Shown in pieces: positions 19,887 to 30,072 of a stretch of 64,000 nt of DNA. Origin of the DNA: Pirellulales bacterium. GTDB lineage: Bacteria > Planctomycetota > Planctomycetia > Pirellulales > PALSA-1355. The stretch's first letter is position 1. Every line of letters begins with the position of its first letter. Location: the NCBI GenBank assembly GCA_963733035.1, contig CAVTBU010000005.1, forward strand, positions 1,408,001 through 1,472,000, written 5' to 3'. The position numbers and the translations under genes were made by a program. The notes below the pieces were generated by a model, which saw nothing but the letters and a program-made list of their open reading frames with translations, did no database searches and was not told the DNA's origin.

Positions 19887-20816
19887 ATGAGCGATTCGCG
19901 TCTTCGGCTCGGAACGCGGGCCAGCGCGCTTGCCCGTTGGCAAGCCGCCTGGGTCGCCGCACAGCTCCAGAATCGCGGCATCGTCGTCGAGCTCGTCCCG
20001 ATTACAACCAAGGGAGACACGCAATCTCGCGACCCGATCGGCAATCTTGGTAGTCCCGGCGTGTTCACCAAGGAGCTTCAACGGGCGCTGTTGGACGAGC
20101 GAATCGACCTGGCCGTGCACAGCCTAAAGGATTTGCCAACGGACGAAATTGATGGTCTATGCCTCACGGCCGTCCCAGAACGGGAAAGTCCACGCGATGT
20201 GCTCATCAGTCGCCAGTCGCTTGATTTCGACGCCTTACCGTCTGGTGCCGTGGTTGCCACCGGAAGCCTGAGGCGCCGCGCGCAGCTATTGCACGCCCGG
20301 CGGGACTTGCAAATGCGTGACATTCGCGGCAACGTGGACACGCGCCTGGAGAAGCTGGCCGACGGGCAATTCGATGCACTGGTGCTGGCCCATGCGGGGC
20401 TGAAACGCCTGGGCCTGGAAGGGCGAATCACCCAGATTCTTCCCGACGCCTGGATGCTGCCAGCCGTGGGGCAAGGCGCGCTTGGAATCGAATGTCGTCG
20501 CGCCGACGCGTCGACCCGCGAAGCACTCGCGGTGCTCGATCACGGTGTAACGCATCAGGCGGTTACCGCCGAGCGAACGTTGCTGGCCAAACTGTCGGGC
20601 GGATGCCTGGCGCCGATTGCAGCCTGGGGGCGAATGGCACACGATGGACAGCTACAGTTGGACGCCGCAGTTCTGGCGGCCGATGGAAGCCGCCGTATTG
20701 CCGATTCAGTTCTCGGCCCTGGCAGCGAGGCGACCCGTCTGGGAACAGAACTTGCGGCGATGTTGATCGACCAAGGGGCAAGCGAATTGATTTCGCAAGC
20801 TCGTGTTGGCGGATGA
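19887..20816 (+). CDS. hemC: Hydroxymethylbilane synthase
   Basis: GTRASALARWQ, AVHSLKDLP, IRGNVDTRL, PAVGQGAL and GGCLAPI motifs. Confidence 0.97.
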   Translation: MSDSRLRLGTRASALARWQAAWVAAQLQNRGIVVELVPITTKGDTQSRDPIGNLGSPGVFTKELQRALLDERIDLAVHSLKDLPTDEIDGLCLTAVPERESPRDVLISRQSLDFDALPSGAVVATGSLRRRAQLLHARRDLQMRDIRGNVDTRLEKLADGQFDALVLAHAGLKRLGLEGRITQILPDAWMLPAVGQGALGIECRRADASTREALAVLDHGVTHQAVTAERTLLAKLSGGCLAPIAAWGRMAHDGQLQLDAAVLAADGSRRIADSVLGPGSEATRLGTELAAMLIDQGASELISQARVGG

Positions 20817-20900
20817 ATCGAAGTGGGTGCCGACAAACTCGCTTTCGCGTCACGGCGTGGCCGCGAAGAGTTGCCGGTCCCCTACTTTCGCGCCAGGCAG

Positions 20901-20928
20901 AATAGTCTTTCCGTGGCGTAGCCGATAA
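20901..20928 (+). promoter_or_regulatory. Possible sigma-28 (FliA) promoter for fliW-csrA
   Basis: Exact GCCGATAA -10 element at 20921-20928; only a weak -35 match (AATAGTCT). Confidence 0.4.
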
Positions 20929-21109
20929 AGTCATCCCGGTTTGCCGCGCAAGCTCCAAGCCTCCTTAATTTGTGGTGCCGAGACAACTCGTGGCCGATCT
21001 AGGCTATGTGTGCTAGTACGAGTCGCGCATGCAAGAAAGGTGCCGCAGGGCGAAAGTGTCGCTGTGTTGACGGCGCCAATTGTGAGCTTCACGGACGGAA
21101 GAACACGCC

Positions 21110-21550
21110 ATGGAAATCCAAACCACCCGGTTCGGTCAGTTGGAAGTCGCCGCCGGCGATGTGCTTCGCTTTCCGGCCGGCCTACCCGGTCTGAACGATT
21201 GCACGTCGTGGGTCTTGTTGGCTGATTCCCACAACGACGCGTTGGGTTGGTTGCAGAGCATCGACCATCCCGACGTGGCGCTGGCCGTCGTAAGTCCGCA
21301 GCGATTCGTCCCCAACTACGAATTGCGTGTTGGCCGCGGCGAACTCGGCGCGGAATTGTCAAACCGAGTGGACGAACTCCACGTGCTGGTTGTCGTTAGC
21401 ACCAGTGATCGCGGAATCACCTTGAACCTGAAAGCCCCGTTGGTCATTCACCTACGAGAAGGCATCGGTCGCCAGGTGATTTCCAATAGTGACCACCCGG
21501 TACAATACGAACTGACATCCCAGGCCCCCCCGGTGAGCAAAGCCGCGTAA
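21110..21550 (+). CDS. fliW: Flagellar assembly factor FliW
   Basis: TTRFG start, FPAGLPG, WLQS, TLNLKAPLVI; adjacent to csrA. Confidence 0.92.
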   Translation: MEIQTTRFGQLEVAAGDVLRFPAGLPGLNDCTSWVLLADSHNDALGWLQSIDHPDVALAVVSPQRFVPNYELRVGRGELGAELSNRVDELHVLVVVSTSDRGITLNLKAPLVIHLREGIGRQVISNSDHPVQYELTSQAPPVSKAA

Positions 21551-21753
21551 ACGAGAGATCCCAAGAAACAAAGGGCGACCGAATGGAAATGTCGGTCGCG
21601 GCCAGATCATACGGATTAAACCACCCTCAACAACCCCGCCGCCGCCCGCGCTCACCCAAGCCCGTGCGAGGCAAGCCCCCCGGAAACACCGCCACTTTCC
21701 GGACATCCCCGCCAACGGCCCCCGTGGCCAGCGGTCTATAGGAAGGAGTCACG

Positions 21754-21999
21754 ATGCTTGTTCTGTCGAGACAGCGCGACGAAAGCATCATCATCGGCGA
21801 CAATATTGTCGTCACGATTGTCGACATCCGCGGCGACAAGGTGCGGTTGGGTATTAACGCGCCCACTGAGATTCCGGTGCATCGCCAGGAGATCTACGAA
21901 GCCATTCAACGCGAGAATCGCAGGGCCAGCCGCGTCGAACCGAAAGATATGCGGGGACTGGGTAATTCGGCTACGGATCCCAAGCGACCGACGCCTTAG
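21754..21999 (+). CDS. csrA: Carbon storage regulator CsrA
   Basis: MLVLSR..ESIIIGD..VRLGINAP..VHRQEIY. Confidence 0.96.
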   Translation: MLVLSRQRDESIIIGDNIVVTIVDIRGDKVRLGINAPTEIPVHRQEIYEAIQRENRRASRVEPKDMRGLGNSATDPKRPTP

Positions 22000-22206
22000 C
22001 CCCTCCTCTTCGAATGGAATCAACGCTGCACGCGCACCTCGGTTCGAACCGTAGTCCGACACCCGGCTATCACTTCGCCCTGCAATTCTGATTTGCGACC
22101 GGCAAATTCCCTGCCAGTGCCACGCCGTGCACCACTCCTCAATCGACGTTCTCGGCCCTATGATGGGTGAAACGAGAACCATTTGTTTGCGAGGAGACCT
22201 ACCGCG

Positions 22207-23070
22207 GTGAGCACCACGAAGACCCAAATTCGCGTCGGTCACAGTCCGGATCCAGACGACGCGTTCATGTTCCATGCGTTGGCCAACAAGAAGATCGACA
22301 CCGGCCCCTATGAGTTCCATCACGAACTCGTCGATATCGAAACTCTCAATCGTCGCGCTTTCTCAGGCGATCTCGAACTGACGGCTGTCAGCCTGCACGG
22401 CTACGCTCACCTGACCGACAAGTACATGCTCTGCCCATGTGGGGCGAGCATGGGCGACGGTTACGGTCCCATGGTGATCGCCACGCACGCCTACAGTATC
22501 AAGGACCTCAAGCGGATGACAATTGCCGTGCCCGGCACGCTAACCACCGCCTACCTGGCACTGCGGCTCTGCCTGGGCATCGACTTCAAGCACGTCGTCG
22601 TCCCGTTCGACGAAATCATTACTGCTGTCGAATCGGGGAACCACCATGGAACGCCGATTGACGCCGGGCTGATCATCCACGAAGGGCAACTTACTTATGC
22701 CGATCGAGGGCTGACGCTCATCGTCGACACGGGAAAGTGGTGGCTTGAATCCACGGGCCTGCCGCTGCCGCTGGGCGCCAACGCGATTCGCAAGGACCTT
22801 GGTCCGCAGGTGATTTCCGACGTGAACCGCCTGCTCAAACAGAGCATTCAATATGGGCTCGATCATCGCGAAGAGGCGCTCGCCTACGCGCTGCAATACG
22901 GCCGCGATTTGGATCAGAAGCGGGCCGACCGATTTGTCGGGATGTACGTGAACGACTGGACGCTCGATTTTGGCCAGAGGGGCCGCGAAGCCGTTCGCAC
23001 CTTACTTGCTCGCGGCTACGAGGCAAAAGTAATTCCAAAGTTGATCGAACCTGAGTTCGTTCAGGATTAG
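22207..23070 (+). CDS. mqnD: 1,4-dihydroxy-6-naphthoate synthase (futalosine pathway)
   Basis: GHSPDPDDAFMF, GDGYGP, IIHEGQL, LPLPLG and MYVN motifs. Confidence 0.92.
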   Translation: MSTTKTQIRVGHSPDPDDAFMFHALANKKIDTGPYEFHHELVDIETLNRRAFSGDLELTAVSLHGYAHLTDKYMLCPCGASMGDGYGPMVIATHAYSIKDLKRMTIAVPGTLTTAYLALRLCLGIDFKHVVVPFDEIITAVESGNHHGTPIDAGLIIHEGQLTYADRGLTLIVDTGKWWLESTGLPLPLGANAIRKDLGPQVISDVNRLLKQSIQYGLDHREEALAYALQYGRDLDQKRADRFVGMYVNDWTLDFGQRGREAVRTLLARGYEAKVIPKLIEPEFVQD

Positions 23071-23081
23071 AGGTCGTATTC

Positions 23082-23369
23082 GTGTCCAGTTTCCAGCCGC
23101 CCCGACGACCGGAACGGCCCGAACTGCATCGGCCAGCGCAGCCTAAAACGTCGCTATTGCCGGTCGTGTTCGTGATTGTTCCGCTAATCGTATTGATTAC
23201 GGGAGCCGTCGCTTTCGCCGGCATGGCGGGTTTGTTGATGCTGGCGGTAGTCGCCAGTGTGCCGGCATTTATGCTGCTGCACTATCTACTGTGGGGGCGC
23301 TGGCTTGGCAAAAGCATCCGTCAGCAAGTTGCCGAGGAAAAGGAACAGGACGGCCGCGAAGACGTCTAA
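23082..23369 (+). CDS. Small 2-TM hypothetical protein
   Basis: Two hydrophobic helices, HYLLWG, directly after mqnD. Confidence 0.7.
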   Translation: MSSFQPPRRPERPELHRPAQPKTSLLPVVFVIVPLIVLITGAVAFAGMAGLLMLAVVASVPAFMLLHYLLWGRWLGKSIRQQVAEEKEQDGREDV

Positions 23370-23447
23370 CCAAGACAGTTATGAGCCGACGATCAGACAT
23401 ACTCGACGTGTCGGTTACGGAAGGTAAGCGTAGACTCCTCTCCATTC

Positions 23448-24023
23448 CTAAAAGTAGTCAGGCTCACCACCCGCCTTCCACTTGATGTTGCAACCGATGC
23501 TCGGTTTCTGATCGACCAGGTCTGGTTGGCCAGCCAACACGGCGTCGAGCGCGGCGCGAAGATCCTGACCTGTTAAGGGCACACCTGAGTCCGGTCGACT
23601 GGCGTCCATCTGCCCGCGATAGACGAGCTTTTGGTTTCTGTCAAAGACGTAGAAGTCGGGTGTGCAGGCGGCGTGATAGGCTTTTGCCACCTGTTGGGTT
23701 TCGTCGTAAAGGTAGGGAAAGGTGTAGCCACGCAATTCGACTTCGTGGACCATCTGTTCCGGCGAATCAGCCGGGTGAGTCGACGCGTCATTGGCATTGA
23801 TTCCCACCACCGCGACGCCTTTAGCCTGATATTCCTGTGCCAGCTTCGCCAGTTCGGGTGCAACGTGGATGACGTACGGGCAATGATTGCACATAAAGAT
23901 AACCAACAGCGCCTTGGCATCCTTGAAGTCAGCCAGCGAAACCGTCTGGCCATCGACGTTTGGCAGCGAAAAATCTGGGGCCTTGGTACCCAGCGGCAAC
24001 ATCGTACTAGGCGTCAAAACCAT
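23448..24023 (-). CDS. Thioredoxin-fold (AhpC/TSA-like) protein
   Basis: FMCNHCPYV, AACTPDF and SIGCNIKW motifs. Confidence 0.93.
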   Translation of the reverse strand: MVLTPSTMLPLGTKAPDFSLPNVDGQTVSLADFKDAKALLVIFMCNHCPYVIHVAPELAKLAQEYQAKGVAVVGINANDASTHPADSPEQMVHEVELRGYTFPYLYDETQQVAKAYHAACTPDFYVFDRNQKLVYRGQMDASRPDSGVPLTGQDLRAALDAVLAGQPDLVDQKPSIGCNIKWKAGGEPDYF

Positions 24024-24250
24024 GAACACTCCTCCTAACGGGCATTCCCCATGGAATCTGATCTATAGTTTGTTCGGCCGAGAAGGTAGCCTCCCCCATC
24101 CGACCGTCCGCATTGCTGTGCTCATCTTAACAATGACCCAACGGCGGCAAACCCCCGTCGGTTGATTTGTTGACACCCGCGGCCAAACCACTACAGTGAA
24201 GCCCGGCACCGTAGGCGTGCCGCTTGCCCCCTATTCAAAGGAAACGAGTC

Positions 24251-24985
24251 ATGAACGAAAGCTACAATCCGTATGCCAGTTGGGGCATGGTAGCCGCCGA
24301 AGCGGAAACGAGTGATCGAGCGAAGTTCATCCGCTTGACGTACTTGCATCTCCTGGGGGCAATCCTGGCGTTCATCGGCGTTGAAGCATTCCTGCTAAGC
24401 GTTCCCGTCGTCCGCGAGACGATGATGTCGATTCTGGGCACGCGTTTTGGCTGGCTAATGGTACTGGGAGCCTTTATCGGCGTCAGCTATCTGGCCAACT
24501 ATTGGGCCAGTTCTTCCACATCGGTGGGCATGCAGTATTTGGGGCTTGTGGTTTATGTGCTGGCTGAGGCCGTGATCTTTGTTCCATTGCTGGTCGTGGC
24601 CGAGAGCTTTACCGAGGCCACTGGTACGAATGTCATCGGCATCGCGGCAGCGCTTACCATCGTCACGTTCATCGCGCTCACCGCGATCGTGTTCCTGACC
24701 GGAGCCGACTTTTCTTTCCTGGGTCCGTTTCTAGGAATCGCGGCCATCGTGGCGATGGGTGTCATCGTGTGCGGCCTCTTGTTTTCGCTGAATCTTTTCG
24801 GAATCATATTCATCGGAGCGCTCCTCCTGCTGTCAGCAGGCTACATTTTGTATGATACCAGCAACGTTTTACATCATTACCGCATCGGTCAGCATGTGGC
24901 CGCGTCGCTGGCGCTGTTCGCGTCGGTGGCACTGATGTTCTGGTATATGGTGCAGCTCGTGATGTCAGTAACGTCGCGCGATTGA
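24251..24985 (+). CDS. Bax inhibitor-1/YccA family membrane protein
   Basis: Seven TM helices, DFSFL, YILYDTS. Confidence 0.88.
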   Translation: MNESYNPYASWGMVAAEAETSDRAKFIRLTYLHLLGAILAFIGVEAFLLSVPVVRETMMSILGTRFGWLMVLGAFIGVSYLANYWASSSTSVGMQYLGLVVYVLAEAVIFVPLLVVAESFTEATGTNVIGIAAALTIVTFIALTAIVFLTGADFSFLGPFLGIAAIVAMGVIVCGLLFSLNLFGIIFIGALLLLSAGYILYDTSNVLHHYRIGQHVAASLALFASVALMFWYMVQLVMSVTSRD

Positions 24986-25167
24986 GACGAGCGATTTTCA
25001 TACATGCACTGTCACGCTTGACGCTAGGCGTGTTACATCGCACGGGTGTCCAGCATCGCGGAAGTCGGCGGTGGCCCATTGAAACTGGCCGCCAAATCTG
25101 CCGGAATCTACAATCGCGCCGCCGGACACAATTTTGCCGGTTGCGTGGCAAGAATTGCGGAAAACCC

Positions 25168-25563
25168 ATGTCCGAAACGGTCGAATACCCGCCGCTTTAC
25201 TTGGCTGGCATCGCCTTTTTCAACAACTGCGACTTTTTCGAGAGCCACGAAGCCTGGGAGGAGCTTTGGACCGACTATCGGGGCCCCTCGCGCAAATTCT
25301 ACCAGGGGCTGATTCAAGCGGCGGTGGCTTTGCACCACTTCGGCAACGGCAACATTCGCGGGGCGCGCAAGTTGTACTTCAGTACCCGCGGCTATTTGGA
25401 GCCCTATCTACCGTTGCACATGGGGCTTGACCTGGAGAAGTTCCTGCAACAATTCGAACAGTGCTTTGCCGAGGTAACCGCCAGCCAGGAGGATTTTCCT
25501 CAAATCGACATTGTGCCGGACTTGATTCCTGAAATCCACCTGAACCCACCCCCGGTGGAATAA
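25168..25563 (+). CDS. DUF309 family protein
   Basis: FFESHEAWEELW..YQGLIQAAVALHH..GN..GA. Confidence 0.9.
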   Translation: MSETVEYPPLYLAGIAFFNNCDFFESHEAWEELWTDYRGPSRKFYQGLIQAAVALHHFGNGNIRGARKLYFSTRGYLEPYLPLHMGLDLEKFLQQFEQCFAEVTASQEDFPQIDIVPDLIPEIHLNPPPVE

Positions 25564-25627
25564 AGGGTGCGAGTGCCCGGCGACGTCCATACCACCTTGG
25601 TTCCGCTTCGCCCGCTGTAAACCCACT

Positions 25628-26332
25628 ATGGCCGACCACGAAGACGACCTGACGTTTGTGCCCGACCATTTCTCAGGCCGCGCACGTTTGTTTCCACTGC
25701 CGAACCTCGTGCTGTTTCCGCACGTGATCCAGCCACTGCATATCTTTGAGCGACGCTACGTAGAGATGTTTCTCGATGCCGTCGAGGATGACCGGCTGAT
25801 CGCGATGTCCGTGCTCGAATCCGGCTGGGAGAATGACTACGACGGTCGTCCAGCAATTGCGCCGGTCGCGTGCCTGGGTCGGGTGATCACCTGGCAGGCA
25901 CAAGGCGACTCCCGCTACAACCTGCTGCTGCTTGGCCTGCAGCGCGTGCGTATCACTTGCGAGCTGCCACCGCAGCGATCGTTTCGTGAGGCCGAGGTAG
26001 AGCTGTTGCCGGATTGTTACCCGCCACAGACCGAGGAGTTGCGTCCCGCCTTGCATCAAAAACTGGTGGCGACATTTGAGCAATTGATGCCGCGAATCAA
26101 AGATGCCGACGAACTGTTCAATCAGCTATCCGTGGAAAGCGTAACGCTTGGGACGCTTACCGACGTGGTCGCCTACGCGCTCGATCTGGAACTGCACGTG
26201 AAGCGAGCGCTACTCTCTGAACCGTGCGTCGATCGCCGTGCCACCATGCTCCTATCGCATCTTTGCGGGGCCAAGCGCGATACGCGGCCATTGAGCCTGG
26301 CCGGGTTTCCACCGGCTTTTAGCACGAATTGA
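25628..26332 (+). CDS. Lon protease N-terminal substrate-binding domain protein
   Basis: LFPLPNLVLFP..PLHIFE.RY; no ATPase or protease domain. Confidence 0.88.
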   Translation: MADHEDDLTFVPDHFSGRARLFPLPNLVLFPHVIQPLHIFERRYVEMFLDAVEDDRLIAMSVLESGWENDYDGRPAIAPVACLGRVITWQAQGDSRYNLLLLGLQRVRITCELPPQRSFREAEVELLPDCYPPQTEELRPALHQKLVATFEQLMPRIKDADELFNQLSVESVTLGTLTDVVAYALDLELHVKRALLSEPCVDRRATMLLSHLCGAKRDTRPLSLAGFPPAFSTN

Positions 26333-26398
26333 TGCCCCGAAACGATCTCGGCATTGCGCCGCTTGACCGTTTGACCCGGTGGCTTTTAAGATCGATTC

Positions 26399-27064
26399 AT
26401 GCCTACCACCAACAACCAGCCCGAAGATCACACCACGACGGACGTCGGCAGCCTTGCCGGCGAGCAGGATCCTGCCCAGTTGCAGCCTGGAAGGTCACCT
26501 GTGGACGAGGCTCGCATTGCCTCGGCCGTGCGTGAAATTCTCTCAGCGGTGGGCGAAAATCCAGACCGAGAGGGTCTGCGCGAAACCCCCGCACGCGTGG
26601 GGCGAATGTACGCCGAGATGTTTAGCGGGCTGCACGAAGACCCACGCGCACACCTGCGGAAGTTCTTCACCGAGCAATACGACGAGGTCGTATTGGTTCG
26701 AGATATCAGTTTCAACAGCATGTGCGAACACCATATGCTGCCATTTATGGGGCAAGCGCACATCGGCTACATGCCGAATGGCCGCGTGATTGGTCTGAGC
26801 AAGTTGGCTCGCGTCGTCGAGGTCGTGGCCCGTCGACCGCAAGTGCAAGAGCGGATGACCGAAACGATCGCCAACTTGTTACTCGAAGAACTGGACGCCC
26901 GGGGCGTGGCCGTGGTCATCGAGGCGACACATACGTGTATGACAATCCGCGGCATTCGCAAGCCGGGAAGCCTCTGCGTGACTTCGGCCATGAAGGGAAT
27001 CTTCCGGTCAAATCTCTCCAGTCGTTCAGAAATGATGAACCTAATTTACGGCGGCCGCCGATAG
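26399..27064 (+). CDS. folE: GTP cyclohydrolase I
   Basis: REGLRETPARV, SMCEHHMLPF, GLSKLAR, QVQER and HTCMTIRG motifs. Confidence 0.97.
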   Translation: MPTTNNQPEDHTTTDVGSLAGEQDPAQLQPGRSPVDEARIASAVREILSAVGENPDREGLRETPARVGRMYAEMFSGLHEDPRAHLRKFFTEQYDEVVLVRDISFNSMCEHHMLPFMGQAHIGYMPNGRVIGLSKLARVVEVVARRPQVQERMTETIANLLLEELDARGVAVVIEATHTCMTIRGIRKPGSLCVTSAMKGIFRSNLSSRSEMMNLIYGGRR

Positions 27065-27216
27065 CGGGAACAAACTCTCAATCGTGCAAGTGCGGCTTTT
27101 TTCGGTACCCTTCTCGCCGCACGTCCAATATTGCCGCAGCCCCCTTTTCAAGGGGCGTTGATTTGGGGAAGATTTCGGCTCGCGATTGACAAAATTTTCC
27201 GCGGGACCCGTCGCTT

Positions 27217-27969
27217 GTGGCTATTCTGACACAGTTCATCTTTCGCCTCTCGTTCGGCATGGCGCTGGGTATGGCGCTTACCAGTGCGAAGCAGGTGACC
27301 AGTGGGTACTATCGCAACCATTTATATGTGCTGCTGGGCTTGAATGTCCTGGCAGCAATGGTGGCGATTACTTCCGATCAGCGATTCGATTTGTTACCTC
27401 CGATTGTGGCGGCGGTCCTAAGCTACGTCGGCGCGGTCATGTGGCTCTATGAAAAACCACGGGCGGGAGTCGTGTCGCTCGGCCTCTTGTCGGCCGTCGA
27501 TCTTTGGGGCGCCTGGGCAGCAACCAACTGGCAACCCGCCACCGATCCATTGCGAACGACGCTTGTGACCCTCGATCCGCTCACCAGCGGTCTGCTACTT
27601 GGCTTCACGATGGCGGCCATGTTCCTGGGACACTGGTACTTGAATTCGCCCGGCATGTCCATCGGTCCGCTGGAACGGCTCGTGGTGCTGATGGGGGTGG
27701 CCGTGTGCTTGCGGGCGGTCGTCGAGGGGATCATTACGGCCCTGTATCTGGCGACCGGCTGGCCCAGCACGGGACAGTTGCTGTTCATCGCACTGCGCTG
27801 GCTGTCGGGCCTGATTGGAGCCATCATTCTGGTAGTTATGACCCACAAGACGCTAAAAATCCCCAACACGCAGAGCGCCACGGGAATCCTGTACGTCTGC
27901 GTGATTGCCACATATCTGGGCGAACTCGTCTCACTGTTGCTCGACCTGCCGGCTGCTCCGCCGATTTGA
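27217..27969 (+). CDS. Multi-pass membrane protein of unknown function
   Basis: About 8 TM helices, AMFLGHWYL and NTQSATGILY motifs. Confidence 0.75.
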   Translation: MAILTQFIFRLSFGMALGMALTSAKQVTSGYYRNHLYVLLGLNVLAAMVAITSDQRFDLLPPIVAAVLSYVGAVMWLYEKPRAGVVSLGLLSAVDLWGAWAATNWQPATDPLRTTLVTLDPLTSGLLLGFTMAAMFLGHWYLNSPGMSIGPLERLVVLMGVAVCLRAVVEGIITALYLATGWPSTGQLLFIALRWLSGLIGAIILVVMTHKTLKIPNTQSATGILYVCVIATYLGELVSLLLDLPAAPPI

Positions 27970-28165
27970 AATCTGGCGCACGGAGGCCCCGCCAATGGCA
28001 TCGCCGGATCGACCTCCGCGCGACCGGCCAAAGCCCCCAATCGGAACTTTTGTTATGGCCGATGCCGCAAAGTTTTGCCAATGTGAACATTTCCCCGCGA
28101 CTGGCGTCGTCCTACAATAGAACAGGATTGTTTTGGTCGAAGTCAGTGTACAAGGAGATTCCGCA

Positions 28166-28525
28166 ATGCGCCACATGACGATTTTGGGGCTAGTCGTTGC
28201 GTCGATGATACTGACTGCTGGCCGTGCGCATGCCCAAGGCTGGTTTCAGGGAACATCGGACAACCCCGTTGGCCCCACGGTGAGTCCGTACTTGAACCTC
28301 CTACAAACGAACCAGTTTGGTGCTACGAACTACCAATCATTGGTGAAGCCGCTAGTCGACCAGCACAACGCAATCAACCGCCAGGGGAATTCGCTAAACC
28401 GCCTGCAACAGCAAGTAAACACGTTTAGTTCTGGCGCAGGCAGCGCACCTAGTGGACAGGGTACCGGCCATGTAACGTTCTTCATGAACTATTCGCACTT
28501 CTATCCGCCGCCGGCGGCCCGCTAA
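28166..28525 (+). CDS. Small exported hypothetical protein
   Basis: AAGGAG RBS, AHA signal cleavage site, PTVSPYLNL and FMNYSHFY motifs. Confidence 0.75.
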   Translation: MRHMTILGLVVASMILTAGRAHAQGWFQGTSDNPVGPTVSPYLNLLQTNQFGATNYQSLVKPLVDQHNAINRQGNSLNRLQQQVNTFSSGAGSAPSGQGTGHVTFFMNYSHFYPPPAAR

Positions 28526-28665
28526 GCCGAGCCGCGAATGCTTTTCTTCGCCGCTGGGCTGGCGTCGCGCGGGGCGTAAAGTTTGTCGCAACTTCACGGC
28601 TGTGCTAGATTGACCGGGCCGCGGTGCGTTGGCCACCGCCCAAGGTCTTTCTGGGAGCCCGTACG

Positions 28666-29253
28666 ATGAACTATCGCGCGTTTTGCCTTTTCGGGTTGCT
28701 GTGTCTCATCCAGTTCGGATGCGTTCAGCGGATGTCCGATGAAGCCGCCCATCCCCTGATTGGCAAGAAGGCCCCGCTATTCACCGGCACGTTGCTCGAC
28801 GAGAGTGTTTTCGATCTGGGCGAGCACCTGGGACAGGACGTAATCATCCTTGACTTCTGGGCCACCTGGTGCGGGCCATGCCGCGAAGCCTTGCCAACGC
28901 TTGCAAAAGTTGCCTCCGAGTATCACGATCGTGGCGTGGCGTTTTATGCCGTCGACATGGGCGAAACTGCCGCCGAGGTGCAAGCCTATCTCGACCAATC
29001 TTCGCTGCCGTTGACTGTCGTTATGGACAGCGATGGATCGGTGGCCGACGCGTACGGGGTCGAGGCAATTCCGCAAACCGTGATCATTGATCGTCGAGGG
29101 AACGTGCGTTTCGTGCATGTTGGAGTCAGCGGCGACCTGCGGCAGCGCTTGACAAGCGAACTTGACGAGTTGGTTGCTGAATCCGGTTCGGTCGAAAACG
29201 CGGCGCCGATGGCGAGGGTCAATGGCGTTCCCAAGTATTCTCAATGGAGGTAG
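28666..29253 (+). CDS. TlpA-like thiol-disulfide oxidoreductase (possible lipoprotein)
   Basis: DFWATWCGPC; N-terminal hydrophobic segment ending in FGC. Confidence 0.9.
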   Translation: MNYRAFCLFGLLCLIQFGCVQRMSDEAAHPLIGKKAPLFTGTLLDESVFDLGEHLGQDVIILDFWATWCGPCREALPTLAKVASEYHDRGVAFYAVDMGETAAEVQAYLDQSSLPLTVVMDSDGSVADAYGVEAIPQTVIIDRRGNVRFVHVGVSGDLRQRLTSELDELVAESGSVENAAPMARVNGVPKYSQWR

Positions 29254-29258
29254 TCCAG

Positions 29259-30044
29259 ATGCCAGTGCTCAGCCGTTTCGGCATATGTCTGGTGCTAGTC
29301 GCGCTCACGAACGCGGGCATCGCTCCACTTCTGCGCGCGGCCGACTTTCATCATGTGCACCTCAACTCGACCGACCCGGTCGCAGCCGCCAAATGGTACG
29401 CCGACAACTGGGGAGGCGAGGCCAAAAAGACTGGCATCTTCAGCGCAACAAGCTTTGGAAAGGTTGTGTTCATTTATTTCAAGGCCAAGCCGGGCTTTGC
29501 CGGCTCCCACGGCAGCGTCGTTGATCACATTGGCTTCTCAGTGCCGAACCTTGAGACCAAGCTAAAGCAGTTGGCCGACGCCAAGGCCGAGATCGTTTCC
29601 GGCATCGAGCAGGAAGGCTCCATCCGCTATGCCTACGCAAAGGATCCCTGGGGTACGCTCATCGAAATCCTCGAAGACCCCGAAATTCAAGGATTTCATC
29701 ACGTACACCTGGCTTCCGTCGACCCGCAGAAGACCCTCGCTTGGTATTCGTCGGCCTTTGGCGGCCAAGTAAGCCGGTTTGCGGGCCGGGTGCCCGGCAT
29801 CCGTTACGGCGATGTGTGGCTCTTGGTCAGGCCGGTGATGGAGGCGCCCGCGCCAACCAAAGGTCGATCGATCGACCATATCAGCTGGGCTTTCAAGGAC
29901 CTCGACGCCGAAGCGGCACGGCTGAAAACTGAGGACGTGAAATTCACGATGGAACCGACCAAATTCGGCTCGGGAAAGATCGCGTTCGTAATCGATCCAT
30001 CGGGAGTGCTCATCGAACTTGTCGGACCGGCCAAGGCGAATTGA
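29259..30044 (+). CDS. Exported two-domain VOC/glyoxalase family protein
   Basis: FHHVHL twice, DHIGF/DHISW, DPWG/DPSG..IE. Confidence 0.85.
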   Translation: MPVLSRFGICLVLVALTNAGIAPLLRAADFHHVHLNSTDPVAAAKWYADNWGGEAKKTGIFSATSFGKVVFIYFKAKPGFAGSHGSVVDHIGFSVPNLETKLKQLADAKAEIVSGIEQEGSIRYAYAKDPWGTLIEILEDPEIQGFHHVHLASVDPQKTLAWYSSAFGGQVSRFAGRVPGIRYGDVWLLVRPVMEAPAPTKGRSIDHISWAFKDLDAEAARLKTEDVKFTMEPTKFGSGKIAFVIDPSGVLIELVGPAKAN

Positions 30045-30072
30045 TCCTGACGCGGCGTGCGAAACCATGCCG

